A DNA stretch of 63,479 nucleotides, counting the filler, from Sphacelaria rigidula (lineage: Eukaryota): NCBI GenBank assembly GCA_964200075.2. It is 10 parts of 10 records of this genome, joined end to end, with 100 filler letters (N's around TTAATTAATTAA, not from the genome) between each part and the next. Parts side by side here need not be neighbours in the genome. Positions count along the whole stretch, not along the records: positions 1 to 6,259 come from CAXNAA020021178.1; positions 6,360 to 12,618 come from CAXNAA020021179.1; 8 more parts are not named here. The stretch is one strand, 5' to 3'. Position 1 is the first letter of the stretch; the number at the start of each line of letters is the position of its first letter. Position numbers and translations under genes: made by a program. Of the stretch, positions 1-11,631 are shown piece by piece. The notes under the pieces are model-generated. The model ran no database searches and was not told the origin of the DNA. It saw only the letters and a program-made list of their open reading frames with translations.

Positions 1-366
1 TTCATTACGAGTCAACTTAGTATACTAAAACCAAGTAATTTCCTGACGAATCATTATTTGTCCTAACCGTGCAACCAAAACGATAATCACGGTACTGTCC
101 CTAGCCGAGGCAAGCAACTCTACATACACGCCAAAACGTACTGACAAAGGCAACAACGTCATTTCCTCGCTGTTCCAGCGTGACTAACTTGAGACCCATC
201 TCCAGGAGCAACGGTGCACTATCGCCATACTCCTATGAGACAGGAATCAAATATCCGTACCACTGTCTGTTTCCTTTAAGGTCCGATTATAGATACCTCA
301 CCGCACACCTACCCCACAAACCTAGACTAATGAAGGAACAAAAGGGCCCATTTGATAAAACAGGTG

Positions 367-942
367 CTATGTCCGCCCAAGCGCCCACCCCACCCACCCT
401 CGTACTCCACCACCCGCAGTGGAGCCGGAGGTTTGCTGAGGCTCAACCACCTCTTCCACCTTTTCAATACCCGCGCGCTGATCAAGGTCTGGGAACTCGA
501 GCTCGTCGTACGCCAGGTCCAACAACCTTGGCTTGCATGGGACGAGTCGCAGAGATGGTGGGAAATCGGCCATTGCAAAAGCTTCAGTCTTCTCGTTCTT
601 GCCCGCCTTTCCGCTTTCTGCCTCGCCCCTCCGTCCAGAGAGACCGGTAGCGTCGAACATTTTCAGCCTCTCTTGCAAAGACCATGGGCCCGCAAGTTCT
701 CGTGTCCCCTTCCGCAGACCGCTTCCAGAAATGGAAACCCCGTCCATTCTCCCGGAAAGGTTGGCGTCCTGTTTGGCCTTGAGCAACAGCGCGTGCGCGG
801 CGGTGCGGTGCCACGCACCTTGCACCATGTCGTCTAGATTGGCCAAGCTTTTTGCCCGTGGGTCATCCTCGTCGTCGAGCATGTCGGATGCTTCTTGGCA
901 GAGCTGTCGGGTGTGACCAAACAGGGCTGATGCTTCCGCCCA
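367..942 (-). CDS. SRP68: SRP68 terminal exon (signal recognition particle subunit 68)
   Basis: WAEASALF...FPPSLRLVPCKPRLLDLAYDELEFPDL...GVRGWVGWALGRT*, the SRP72-binding C-terminus of SRP68; CAG acceptor at 943-945. Confidence 0.92.
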   Translation of the reverse strand, partial: WAEASALFGHTRQLCQEASDMLDDEDDPRAKSLANLDDMVQGAWHRTAAHALLLKAKQDANLSGRMDGVSISGSGLRKGTRELAGPWSLQERLKMFDATGLSGRRGEAESGKAGKNEKTEAFAMADFPPSLRLVPCKPRLLDLAYDELEFPDLDQRAGIEKVEEVVEPQQTSGSTAGGGVRGWVGWALGRT

Positions 943-1735
943 CTGTCGGGGAATCGACGGGTACAGGCGAAGTGGTGGTTGAGGGTGAGGGTTGAGAGAA
1001 AAGATGACATGTGATCAAGGGGCTCAAGGAATTCCGATATAACAGCAAATATCCCGCGATTGCGTTGTGTATAAATGCAGCGAAGGCAGAGTGGGGTCTT
1101 GCCCGTCACCATCTCGTTGGCCTGGCTTGCTCAAACCGATCCTCAACACAAGATGAACAGCAATTGCCGATGGAAGGCATTGAAGTCGCAGAAATCATCG
1201 ACGCAGTCGCATCGGCTACTCGTGGGTATCGACCACGTAGGCACGCCCAAACCCCGACATTGGAGCCCCACAACAAAGGAAGGCCCTAAATAGTGCTGTC
1301 ACGAATGAGATGGAACAGCGACGGCAACTTACAACATCCAAGTTGTCTACAACGAACTACGAAGTTGTGTACTACCCCAAATATGGTGCCAGCACGTGCA
1401 GATAGCCAACTCGGTGGCGCCCCGAGATGTTGAAGGCACGCTAGACCCAACGCGGACGAAAAACTTCGGCCGACACCATCGACTAAAACTGTCGACACGA
1501 AATATGACTCGAAGGCCGCACCGTGCACCGCTCCAGTGGACAGTGAACGCGACCGCACGGTACTCGCTACGAGACAATATCCGCTATCGGCCTATGCGAA
1601 TACTTTCGTTTTCGGCTTTCTTCACTCTCGCGTGGACAGTGCAACACCACGCACTGTTCAACCCCCCAAGTGTAACAAAGCGGCGGCGACTGTTTCGCTT
1701 GTCCATGCCCAGCCCACTCCCGCGGATTTCCTCAC

Positions 1736-1848
1736 CTTATGCCCCGCTGAAAAGGCTTCGATGAGAAAGAAACAGCGGAAGGCCCTGAATCGAGCCTCAT
1801 CTGCCCGAGCGCTCTCGATGAGCTCGTCTTCCTCCTCCGCCACGTCAT
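1736..1848 (-). CDS. SRP68: SRP68 exon
   Basis: DDVAEEEDELIESARADEARFRAFRCFFLIEAFSAGHK (SRP68 F(K/R)AxRCFF motif); phase 1-0. Confidence 0.88.
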
Positions 1849-2186
1849 CTGCGGCAGGACATAGAACCGCAAAATACTACTCAATGAGCAAAGCAACGTG
1901 TAGAGCAAATGGCATTGGGTATTTCCACCAAGTCGGGATCCCTGTGGCGCCGCTGGCGCGTGCATCCCCGAATCTCCGGGTCCGCTCATAGTATCGCATA
2001 ATACACGACGATTAGCGCTCTTGCACACGCTTTCGAGCCCAGCGCTTTAGCGAACAGCTGCTCTTTCCGTTCTTTCTCTCACCATCCTCAACAAAACCGA
2101 ATTCGGACAGCCACGGAATGGAGCAAGCACGTGCACAAGAATTAAACACATACGACAGGCACATCATGTCTTGCAACAAGTCTCAC

Positions 2187-2529
2187 CCCCAACATCGTCA
2201 CCCCCGCCCAAATTTGCGATCATACTCCTGACACTCTGCAGCAGGGCATCGTAGACATGGACAATGTCTGCCGCCTCCCCAACAGGATCCCTCTCCGTCC
2301 AATCGCCAACCACCCCCTCCCTGCTACCAGTAACCCTCTTCTCTTGCAACTCCTGAACGAGGCGCTCGTTGCGCTGGAGCATCAGCCTCAGCTTATGATG
2401 CTGCGCGTACGCTCGCAGGGATTCGAGTTCGGCGCGGTGCGCCTCCATTTTCATCCCGCCCCCTTTCCCCTGAAGCTTTGATGCTTCCTCGTTGATCGTT
2501 GAAAGGGCATCGTCGTACGCTCCGAACAC
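2187..2529 (-). CDS. SRP68: SRP68 exon
   Basis: VFGAYDDAL...YAQHHKLRLMLQRNERL...DIVHVYDALLQSV; CAG acceptor, GTGAGA donor; phase 0-1 matches the next exon. Confidence 0.88.
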
Positions 2530-2603
2530 CTGATAGTGTTGGATTGTCAGTGTCAAGGGGGGAGGGCCCTCAGATCTCCATGCGATCGATGTCGTTACAT
2601 ACG

Positions 2604-3110
2604 TACAGTACCTCACGTTCAAAGGAAGGTATTTGGTGATTTTTTCATTATTGGCGATTTTCTCAGGTTCTTTCGCTTGCCACCGCTCATCACATTTGGG
2701 ATCTGAAGACACTGGTATCCGCACCACATTCCAAGAAAAAAACAAAAAATCTGTATTCAATATTGACTGACTCACGACCTGACCGGTCATCGGGGGTCCT
2801 GCCACTTGTCCCGATCGTATTTGTGAAGCAATGAAAAGGGTTGTACAGGTATTTTTTTTAATTTTACTTACTCCTCGCATTAGAGCAGAAAAACTGTGCT
2901 TCACGGTCAATAACACCCCCTGATAAACGGGGTATCTACTCGTATCGCGCGGCAACGCCAACTATCACGAACTTGGGCACTGTGTTTTGAGGACGATGTG
3001 TGTACTTTACAAAAATCTACTGACGCCAGCACTTTCGACTTCTATCGAAGAGTAGTACGCAATAAAAACCTCAAAGCAACCCAAGCTACTTTCAAATATA
3101 CGGGATTCTC
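2604..3110. mobile_element. MITE copy (family A) inside an SRP68 intron
   Basis: Aligns over ~500 bp with 7004-7544; begins TACAGTACCTCACGTTCAAAG; right end degenerate. Confidence 0.7.
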
Positions 3111-3641
3111 TATGTTGTTGTGGGTGTGAAAAAGAGGAACCTGGAAGCAAAGCACGACGAGTGTTGCGTTTCCAGTGCGACAGATAAACTTCAGTCACCG
3201 TGGGGAAACAACAGAGGAGACAGGGGAACCCAGTGTAGAATTCGAGTGATCGTCTCACCGAGGAACTGCCGAAACTTGTCCACCTTGCAATTCTGCGATT
3301 TCATCCGGCGAATTCCGCGGCGACACTGCGCCGGTTTTCAATCGTGTGGACCACGGGACAAAGTTCCGTTACTGGAGCAACTCCCTTGTACATATATCAT
3401 ACATAGTGTCTACAAAGATAACATCCTCACTACTCAATTCCACTCGCGGCTAGCAGTAACCACAACAACGTGGCGTTTCCTGAACAGAACACACGTCGGA
3501 CCGCGCATCATCTCAAGACGAAAACCGAGTCCACACTTCGAAAGACGGCAATCGACGAACAAAGTACGTCATGTTTCAAACAGGTTGGCCGAAGAAGAGA
3601 TGGCACCGGACAAGATCTCACCCAGGTGAAACGGCACACAC

Positions 3642-4073
3642 CTTCAGGTACCTCCCAGGCTTAAGATCTTCACCGACCACGCCATCTCCCTCTCGTCGCC
3701 CCCCCAAACTTCTGCCTCCGCCAACCTCAACAGCGGAACCCAGAGATCTCGCCAGCTCGTCAGCCTTGACAAGCGCCACGCGCAGCCCCTCGGAGCGCAC
3801 AGCAACCTTCTTGCCCCTCCACTTTACGCTGTCCAGAGCGCTGGCCTGCTTTTTACGGGCCTCGGCGACGACGGACTCTAATTTCGAGGCCAGAAGGTCG
3901 CCGCCAGCGCCCGTCGCCCCGTCGCGGCTCATCTCCATGAGGTGTTCTTCAGCGGCGGCCGCGTCGTTGGCTGTGCCCGTGGAGGAGGCGAGGTTGTAGC
4001 GGCAGTAGCGCAGAATGGGCTCTATGTCTTCGACCCTTCGGGTGAAGAGGTCCTGGTCTTCTACGCGGCCGAC
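3642..4073 (-). CDS. SRP68: SRP68 exon
   Basis: 144 codons containing the conserved SRP68 motif RVEDIEPILRYCRYN and VKWRG; canonical splice sites, phase 0-0. Confidence 0.92.
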
Positions 4074-4581
4074 CTGGATGCCGGGTGGACATTGATTTCG
4101 ACAGATTTGGGATGGTTCAGGGGATTTCCAGGGCTTTCGGTGGAGACGAAACGCTGTTTGGTTGGGATGAACAGTAGAAAGGTTCAAGTATCGGCCGTTG
4201 TTTATGTGCAGTATATGCCGTCAGCATTTACCGCATACGTACCGGGAAAAGCAGCACACCCTGGGCAACAGATTGTAGTGTCCAGGGTGCGAGAAGGAGT
4301 GTACCACGCCAGATCGATGCACTTTTAAAGTACTGTAGAATTCATCGCACGTGCAGCTGTCGCTATTCAAAGATTGTGTTCGTGTACCATTTCAACCAGA
4401 GGGGCGCAGTGGCACACTATTGCTACTTGGCGGTCGTTCGCAATGGCCTGTTTTCGCACAAGACCCAGCTAGCTATTGAAGCTAGCTGGGCAAGGGGATT
4501 GATATACATTGCTGTTTCAGAGCACAATACCCCTAAAAGGGTCTGAAATGTATGATTCAGCGGAAAGACTGCTTGACTTGC

Positions 4582-4755
4582 CTTTCCCAACTCCTGGCAG
4601 ATTTTGTGGGCTGTCGAAAACCGATCCAATGCTTCTCGCCATGCTTCTCGCTCCAGCAAAAGGTTACCGGACATCCAAGCCGCGTAGGCGGTGGCCTCCA
4701 GACACGTGCGCTCGTCTGCTGTTTCGAGGCACAAGGCCTCCAGGCTGGCTGCCCA
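4582..4755 (-). CDS. SRP68: SRP68 exon (followed by a GC-donor intron)
   Basis: 58 codons WAASLEALCLETADERTCLEATAYAAWMSGNLLLEREAWREALDRF...; CAG acceptor, AAG|GCAAGT donor; phase 0-0. Confidence 0.88.
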
Positions 4756-5618
4756 CTGTTTGAGGGTAAAGTATTCGTGCGCAGAAACAAAAGTAACCCG
4801 TGGCAGACGGGGAAGAGGCATGTTTTGCAACTCAAGAGTTCGGCCAATCGAAAGGCGAGAGGGAGGATCATTCCCAAAGCATACGTCGACGTTTGCCTCT
4901 CGACACATGCAGAATAGGACACTCCGTTTTGGACCAAGGGGTGGGACATCTCTGGGTTTTGGCATAACACCCCATCAAACAGCCCTTGTCCTCACCGTTC
5001 GAAGGTATTTTATACGTTGGCCAAAAAACACTGTAAAAGCCGTGTGAAGGCCTCTGCAAACAGCTGCATTAACTGCAGGAGCGTTCCGGCATGGATAAAC
5101 AACTCCCTAGGTGAACCCATATTTCCTCACACCTCCCCTACAGGGTGCACCGTGGCCTTCAGGCAATTCCAAGACTCAACCGCCTCACTGTTTCTTTTTG
5201 ACCCGCGGTCAACTTTCACCAACCTCACGATATCAGTATGCATTTTTGCTCCGAGTCTAGCAACATACTCTCAACACGTGAATCACTCTCAGTTTCAGAG
5301 GTTTGCCTGAGTCTGGCAGCTTATTTACAAGGATGTACAACCGCCTCTGCTCCCTCCCTCCCATTTTGGGCAAGAACTATAGGTGTGGTATTTTCATCTC
5401 TAGTATTGACAGTAAAATCGCCGCCCGGAGTTGCACGTTGTACAAGATGAATGTGGTGGGTGCTGTCATACAAGATGGTGCCCCTCAACATTCAAACTAA
5501 ACGCACCCGACGCTTGGTATGTAAGCACTCGCTTGCACTCCGCACCAGCGGCTAACAAATAATCGTAAGCCATCACCCTCACATATCTTCATCTATCATG
5601 TAGTAACGTTGGTCCCAC

Positions 5619-5780
5619 CTTGGCGGCCTTTTTCAGGCGTGTGACGACCTTGCGCCTCACACGGTAGGGGGCACCCACCGTCTCCGCCTTATGCTGCATC
5701 GCGTAAGACCAAGCCCTCTCGGCCATCATGAGCGGGATTTCAAGGTGAGTAGAGGTGGTCACCAAGTCGGGAGTGAGTTC
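5619..5780 (-). CDS. SRP68: SRP68 internal exon (most 5' exon present; N-terminal exons lie off-contig)
   Basis: TAG acceptor and GT donor; 54 codons ELTPDLVTTSTHLEIPLMMAERAWSYAMQHK...RLKKAAK matching the SRP68 RNA-binding region motif AERAWSYAM. Confidence 0.9.
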
Positions 5781-6259
5781 CTATTTGATTTACAGCAGAC
5801 AAGAATTGTCGCCCGAAAGCTGTCAGTGCGGTGCAGCTATCGTGCAGTCACGAGTTCGTATTTCTCTTGAATTATTCATAGAACTGTTGCCTACAGTATA
5901 GTTTAGTGATATGGGCGAGAGGGGTGACCACGTCCTACGATCCCCGGGTAACGGAGTGATCGAACAATTCAAAATCACGCAGGGAAGGGTCCCAACTACC
6001 CTTTATCGTATGGTGAAACCGCCATGCGTTTATTTCTATCGTGCCTCAAACAAGCACTATTATTTGACGTGCCACCCGTTCCGCTCCAAATAAGCACAAT
6101 CAACCTCACCCGTTGCTCTGACCCCATCATCAGATACACCAGTGGAATGTGACGAGTCTTTCGACGAAATCCCCCCCCCCCCCCCCACACCACCCCTCCG
6201 AAACACCCCCAACCGCCGTGACAAACCCCGGGCCGCCCCCCAACAGGGGAGGTCAACCA

Positions 6260-6359
6260 NNNNNNNNNNNNNNNNNNNNNNNNNNNNNNNNNNNNNNNNN
6301 NNNTTAATTAATTAANNNNNNNNNNNNNNNNNNNNNNNNNNNNNNNNNNNNNNNNNNNN
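6260..6359. other. Artificial contig spacer (44 N + TTAATTAATTAA + 44 N); recurs at 12619, 18977, 25335, 31693, 38051, 44409, 50766 and 57123
   Basis: Identical 100-nt spacer with a six-frame stop linker at ~6358-bp periodicity. Confidence 0.97.
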
Positions 6360-6720
6360 TGGGTGCCTCACCATGTAAACACTAGGTGGTACGATCATCC
6401 CCATTGTGCGGAGTTGAGGTTCTCCCACGCTGCCCAACATGATCTAGCTCGACTACCATCATGGTGACCGCAAAAAAAAACGCTATCGCGCAAAACAATC
6501 GGTGACCTGGCTACCTAGCTTCCGTTGTTAGTGGCGTGTTTCATAGCGTCATGGCCAACCGACGCCAACCCCATCGGGATTCCGCCCCTACAAAGCCGGG
6601 ACGGAGTACACCGGGTTCTCGCCGGACCAGGCTGGGGGGTGGGGGGGTGTACTCATTTGTTGCTTACCATAGTCATTTGGCGATTGATCACGCATCACTT
6701 TCGAGGCGGAGCACTGTTTT
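6360..6720 (-). repeat. Dispersed repeat family B (reverse copy)
   Basis: Reverse complement of motifs GATGATCGTCGAGCTAGATCAT / GGTTGGCGTCGG / ATGAGTACACCCCC seen at 56060-56580, 57325-57660 and 57910-58417. Confidence 0.7.
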
Positions 6721-7003
6721 TTTCAGGGGGGGGCAGGGAAGGTAGGGAAGGCAGACGGGAATAGCTCATTATTACGATAATGAGAACACAGGTCCGAGGT
6801 AGCTTCAAGCATAATGTGCACACCCTGGACAAAAGATAACACTGTAAAAAAATGTACTACGAACAGTATCGACTATTGCGTCTGTTGCAAAAGACAATGG
6901 ATTCCATACTGTACGCAGTACACTTTTCAAGTGTAATCCATTCTCTAGGGTGTGATAATGCGCACGGTATACACGGGGTATCGTGTCACTTAAAAGCTGG
7001 CAA

Positions 7004-7544
7004 TACTGTACCTCACGTTCAAAGTAGGATATACGGTAATTTCTTCGTAATAGGCGATTTTCTTCGGCTCTTTCGCTTGTCACCGCTCATCACATTGGGG
7101 ATTTGAAGATACTAGTATACGCTCCACATCCCAAGAAAAAAGTCGTCTGTATTCAATATTGAGTAATTTACGGGCGGTCATCGGGGGTCCTGCCACTTTC
7201 AGCCCAGATTTTGACTCTTCGGTATTTTCGGGTGATCGAGTCTGTCCCGATCGTACTTGTGAAAATATGAAAATGCTTGCTTTTTATTTATTCTCCCTAC
7301 TCATTGCACTAGGGCCGAAAAACTGTATTTCGCGGTCAATAACATCCTCCTGATAAGCGGGGTATCTACTCGTATAGCCCGATATCACCCAACAAACACT
7401 AACTTGGGCTCTGTGTTTTGAGGACGATCTGTTTATTGTACCAAAATCTACCGACGCTACGCGTAGCACTTTCGAGTTCTATCGAACAGCCGTCCGCGGT
7501 AAAAACCCATAACAACCCGTGCCACTTGAACGTGCGGTACTATA
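7004..7544. mobile_element. MITE family A, ~540 bp, imperfect ~20-bp TIRs, TA-flanked (Tc1/mariner-like)
   Basis: TACTGTACCTCACGTTCAAAGT ... ACTTGAACGTGCGGTACTATA; other copies at 2604-3110 and (reverse, partial) ~12480-12618. Confidence 0.7.
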
Positions 7545-7850
7545 CACTCTTAACTCTCTTTCAGCCCAAAGAGGCAAGGGTGACCGGGAGATACTCTGAA
7601 TTCAAAGAATGAAGCTGAAAAACGGAGTCACACAGCTAAACTCAAGTTGACTCGAGGGATGAAGCGTCTGTTAATGGGACTCGTAGTGCAGTAGAGCGAA
7701 ACTGGTCTGAGATACTAGCGTCACTTGATCGCGAGTCGGAGAAATACTCCTGAAATAATCACAATGAATCGGGGAGAGATCGGCTGAGTTGCAAGGAATT
7801 GCTTGGAGATCACCCCACACATTCCTAGAAAGTGGAAGGAAAATATCGGA

Positions 7851-9527
7851 TCAGATAACAAGTGCAGACTTATGCGCATCGGGTAAGTCCTGCAGCTGGT
7901 GCAGCTGCCTGCGGAGGTGTCCTGACTGCTTTTCAGATGCTTTTCGGCCACCGTGAAAGATCTTCTGTTTTCCTCCCCAACGGGTGTAGGGATGCGGTTT
8001 CAGAACTGAGATACGGTGCCCTTGGTCGTAGTACATGAAACATTCGCGCTTTTGGTCAGAATAACTGACCCTCCGAAAAATGCCCTTTTGAGCCTTCAAT
8101 CGCGGATTTTTGGCCGAATCCGGGCGTTGGCAGATTGGGCCTCCTCTGAAAGATTTGCTATGCTTTCCAAGAGGATTATAGCGCACGTTCCCGATCTTTC
8201 GTGAGCCCAGTATTGCTTTTCAACAACTTGAAGATTTTGGGGGCTACTGAAAAAATCGGAAATCCGGCCAAAAGTAAAACTGGGTGCACGAAAGATCGGG
8301 AACATGCGCTACGTAGAATCCTCTTGGAAAGCATGGCAAATCATTGGCGATTAGAGGAGGCCCAATCTGCCAACGCCCGTATTCCGCCAAAAATCTGCGA
8401 TGAAAGGCTCAAAAGATTTATCCCGAGAGCCGGTTTCTTCTGATTATAAGAAGTGCCCTGAGTAGCTTACGCAAGGGCTGCAAAGAATCGGACCAAAAAG
8501 CATTTCCGAGATTACTACGCAATGCCAACGATCGATGATGACGCATATGATGGAGAGTCGACCGTTGACGTCGCATCCCTGCAACGCCGGGATGGAGCGG
8601 TACACCGCGCTCTCGATCGCCCAGACTCAACTTTGCCAGCACTGGGCGACATTGATCAGCTCTCGGTTCCGTGGGCTGTGCAGGCAGAGCCCACTTCGCA
8701 AAACTTACATTAGACCAACAGCTGGCCTTCCTGTACGAAACTGTTACGCCACCGATTTCATGGGCCCAGGATAAACGTCCGCTACATTTGAATCTTTACC
8801 GATGACCAACAATGGAAGGAAATCGATTCTCCCGAACCGGCACTTTCTGTAATGGTAGACATCCGTTACCCTCTACACACATCATAAATGCTCTGCATCG
8901 GTTGAGAGGTCCCCGCGTCGCGCAGATGCACAGGGGGACTCTCCTTCCTTCACTGTCCTTCACTGTCTAGCAGGACACTGCTGTCGCCTGTACTTCCACA
9001 TGACAAAATGTCGACCGTGGAACAGAGGGCAAGTGAGATGCATGCGTACCATACTACCAAAGCTGGGCGAAGATAAACACACGATATACATCGCACAGAA
9101 GCTTGCAGCTAATACTCCGCGGTAGGTGCTTGAGAGTGTAGACAACGGGCAGCCTCGACGTACCACCAAGTTATTGGCCGTTGTACTGTCTGTACAAACG
9201 TACAACAGTACCTGTACATACGTGCAACAGTACCTTTACTTGTTCACGTACCATACCCCAACATCAACTTGCTACATGCGCTGCGGCGTGTTCATACACA
9301 CATCAATACTACACATTCACATGGTCAGTTCAGCATAGTCAGTCTGTGCACATACGTATAGCAGTATAGCGGGGGTAAGCAAGGTATCTCACTTCTTACA
9401 TTCTGCTCTCGATGACCTGAAGTGCGTAACTCCGGATTTGTGGCTGCGTGCGTATGACGGCTGGCTGCTCCGTTTGGTGACCTGCCTGCTCAGACCTCGC
9501 GGTTGGGTGAAACGAAGAAGCCACCAT
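7851..9527 (-). pseudogene. Possible 3-exon gene or pseudogene of unknown product (exons ~9527-9400, 8675-8471, ~7964-7851) with an in-frame TGA at 8627-8629
   Basis: GTAAG donors at 9399 and 8470, CAG acceptors, phases join; no recognised domain. Confidence 0.25.
8056..8443. mobile_element. Fold-back element with ~165-bp inverted arms
   Basis: 8056-8220 is the reverse complement of 8270-8443, including a perfect CGGGCGTTGGCAGATTGGGCCTCCTCT block. Confidence 0.75.
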
Positions 9528-9825
9528 CTCATCATCTCGATCACCGTAGTCAGCAGCTGCGCACTTGGGTTTCCACTTCACGCGGACCGAAAGCGTCCTC
9601 ATGAGCAAATCTCACATTCGCTAGATCAAGCACAGCCTCACCTTACAACCACATCCATCAGCCACTTCAAAAACTCAAAGATATAACGTAGCGATCGCGG
9701 GTCCCCAGGGAATTACAACACAGACGGTAGGATATGACACAAAACTTGAACGAAAGGTTTGTATCAAAACCGTCCGCCATCAGTGATCAGCTAAAATAGC
9801 AGCTAGACCAGCGATCAGCGGGCAA

Positions 9826-10140
9826 ATGGTTTATGTCGTGGGTGGCGTGACTACCCTGTCCACTCTGGCCATGGCTACGCAGTCTGCAAGGGGCTTCGCG
9901 TTCTCTGCAGCTCCTACCGTCATTGCTCGAAATTCTCTGATCCGGAGACGCGCTGGTAGCAGTACAGGTTGTAGCAGTGGCGGCAGTGTAGGTCGGCGGC
10001 TACCGTATAGTACTCGCGCCGCCCAGCGTATATGTTCCGAGAATGGTGGAGCAACGGGGATAGTAGAGGGGATATCGGGAGACAGTGGAGTCGCGGAGGC
10101 TCCACGAGCACCTCTCCGACAACTCGGTCGAGGGAACGAG
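9826..10140 (+). CDS. First exon of a probable plastid-targeted protein (product unknown)
   Basis: ATG, hydrophobic signal-like N-terminus, ARG-FAF (ASAFAP-like cleavage), R/S-rich transit-like segment, GAG|GTATGT donor at 10141. Confidence 0.7.
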
Positions 10141-10456
10141 GTATGTGTGCACGAGATTGTCTCTGCACTGCGAAATGACGGGGTATAACACCCCCTTCCC
10201 GCGAAAGGCATGTAAATTGTTCAATCTCGAAGTTCTTGATGAGTAATACGCCGTTCTTGTGAAATATCCTGTTTATCTGAAGACATATCTTGACGGGATA
10301 TTTTCAACGACACAACTCCAAGGGATGCGGTCTGACAGTTTCTGCAGGAAGGTTGAAGGGTCTGTGTGGTCGGGAGGATTAACACCCAGGTGTTATGCCC
10401 CGTCATATACTCCTGTAGATAGGATCTGTACTGCAATGTATTAATTGTACTGTAGT

Positions 10457-10840
10457 TAGAGCTCGGAAATGGCACCAGTTATAACTGGCCATTATCATTA
10501 TAGTGATAATAATGGTATTGGTTATATGAAATTTTTGGATAATGGTTTTGACAATTATTTGCCGTTACCGGCTTTAATCATACTGGCTACGAATGCTACA
10601 GACAGCCCTCGAAAATTGGCCCAAATTCAACGTATTTTGAAGCTCTCGTGAAGCCAAATCGTGTAAAAACGGGCCTCCGGCACGGTGCCTTCGGCGGAGC
10701 TCCTTTGCCGGGGGGGACTTTTTGGCTCGCGGCTGCGCCGCTCGATGACCAAACCATATGTACCTCTCGACTGGTTAATGAGTGCGCTACGCGTAATCAT
10801 TCAACTGGTTAATGGTTAGACAAACCATTTCCGAGCTCTA
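10457..10840. mobile_element. Non-autonomous hAT element (384 bp)
   Basis: Perfect 16-bp TIR TAGAGCTCGGAAATGG; 8-bp TSD ACTGTAGT/ACTGCAGT. Confidence 0.85.
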
Positions 10841-11256
10841 ACTGCAGTGCATCGTTGCATTATTATCACCAAAATACGATAGTGCGGAATGTGACTGGCC
10901 AATTGCTCTATACTCCATGCCGACGACGTGTGTATTCATCCATTGCCCGCCTGATTACTGGCTTGTTCAAGGGGACTCGTACCCACAATCCTCAGGAGCC
11001 GTAGCCCCAATATCCTGTGTCGCCCGGAAAACGTCCGAGAGGGAAGGGGGGCGGGTGTTACGCAGGGCATTGTGTTGTTATTCACCGTATCGCTGCTGTG
11101 ATGGATTGATTGATTATCTCACATTAGTTGATTGCAACAATCCAGCCCGTGGTCAGGAGCAGCGAAAAAGAACAGAAGAAGAAAAAGAAAAGAAGGAAAG
11201 AAACAGAAGAAGACAGAAGCAACAGCCACAGAAATGAAAAAAGAAGGGAAGCAACG

Positions 11257-11355
11257 GCAACAACACAAACAACAACAACAACAACAGCAACAACAACAAC
11301 AATAACACACAACACACAACACACAACACACAACACACAACACACAACACACAAC
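11257..11355 (+). repeat. Compound microsatellite (CAA)n + (CAACACA)n
   Basis: Directly visible tandem units. Confidence 0.9.
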
Positions 11356-11367
11356 AGAGCAATACTT

Positions 11368-11631
11368 CGATAGGGGTTTGCACGTTTTGTTTCCGGGTTT
11401 CCTTTTTGTAGGAGCCCAAATATATGGGGCTTGCTGTGCAACCCAAACCTCCGGGGACAGGACATGGAGATGTAAACAGGGGCCTTATCGTGAATCGGCA
11501 TCATTTTCAATCTTTTTCAAGTGAAAATCATTTTCAATCTTTTTCAAGTGAAAATGATGCCGATTCTCAAAATAATCCGTGCAACACCCCGAGAAACATT
11601 TTAGCTCGAAAAGTGCAACCCCACCGTAGCA
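11368..11631. mobile_element. MITE family C copy (TIR ~CGGTAGGGGTGCAC)
   Basis: CGATAGGGGTTTGCAC ... GTGCAACCCCACCGTAGCA; contains a 27-bp internal tandem duplication at ~11500-11554. Confidence 0.6.

Noticed and set aside
180..4328. Long + strand ORFs overlapping SRP68 exons
   Set aside because: Antisense shadows of GC-rich coding exons
6304..6315. TTAATTAATTAA motif recurring at regular spacing
   Set aside because: Synthetic linker inside N spacers, not biological
9400..9527. Candidate first exon of SRP68 (YALQVIES resembles ILQIIKES)
   Set aside because: Lies on a different, unlinked contig and lacks the HGLRH...Y.RY motif
11119..11510. Overlapping ORFs with poly-C/V/L/T tracts
   Set aside because: Translations of microsatellites
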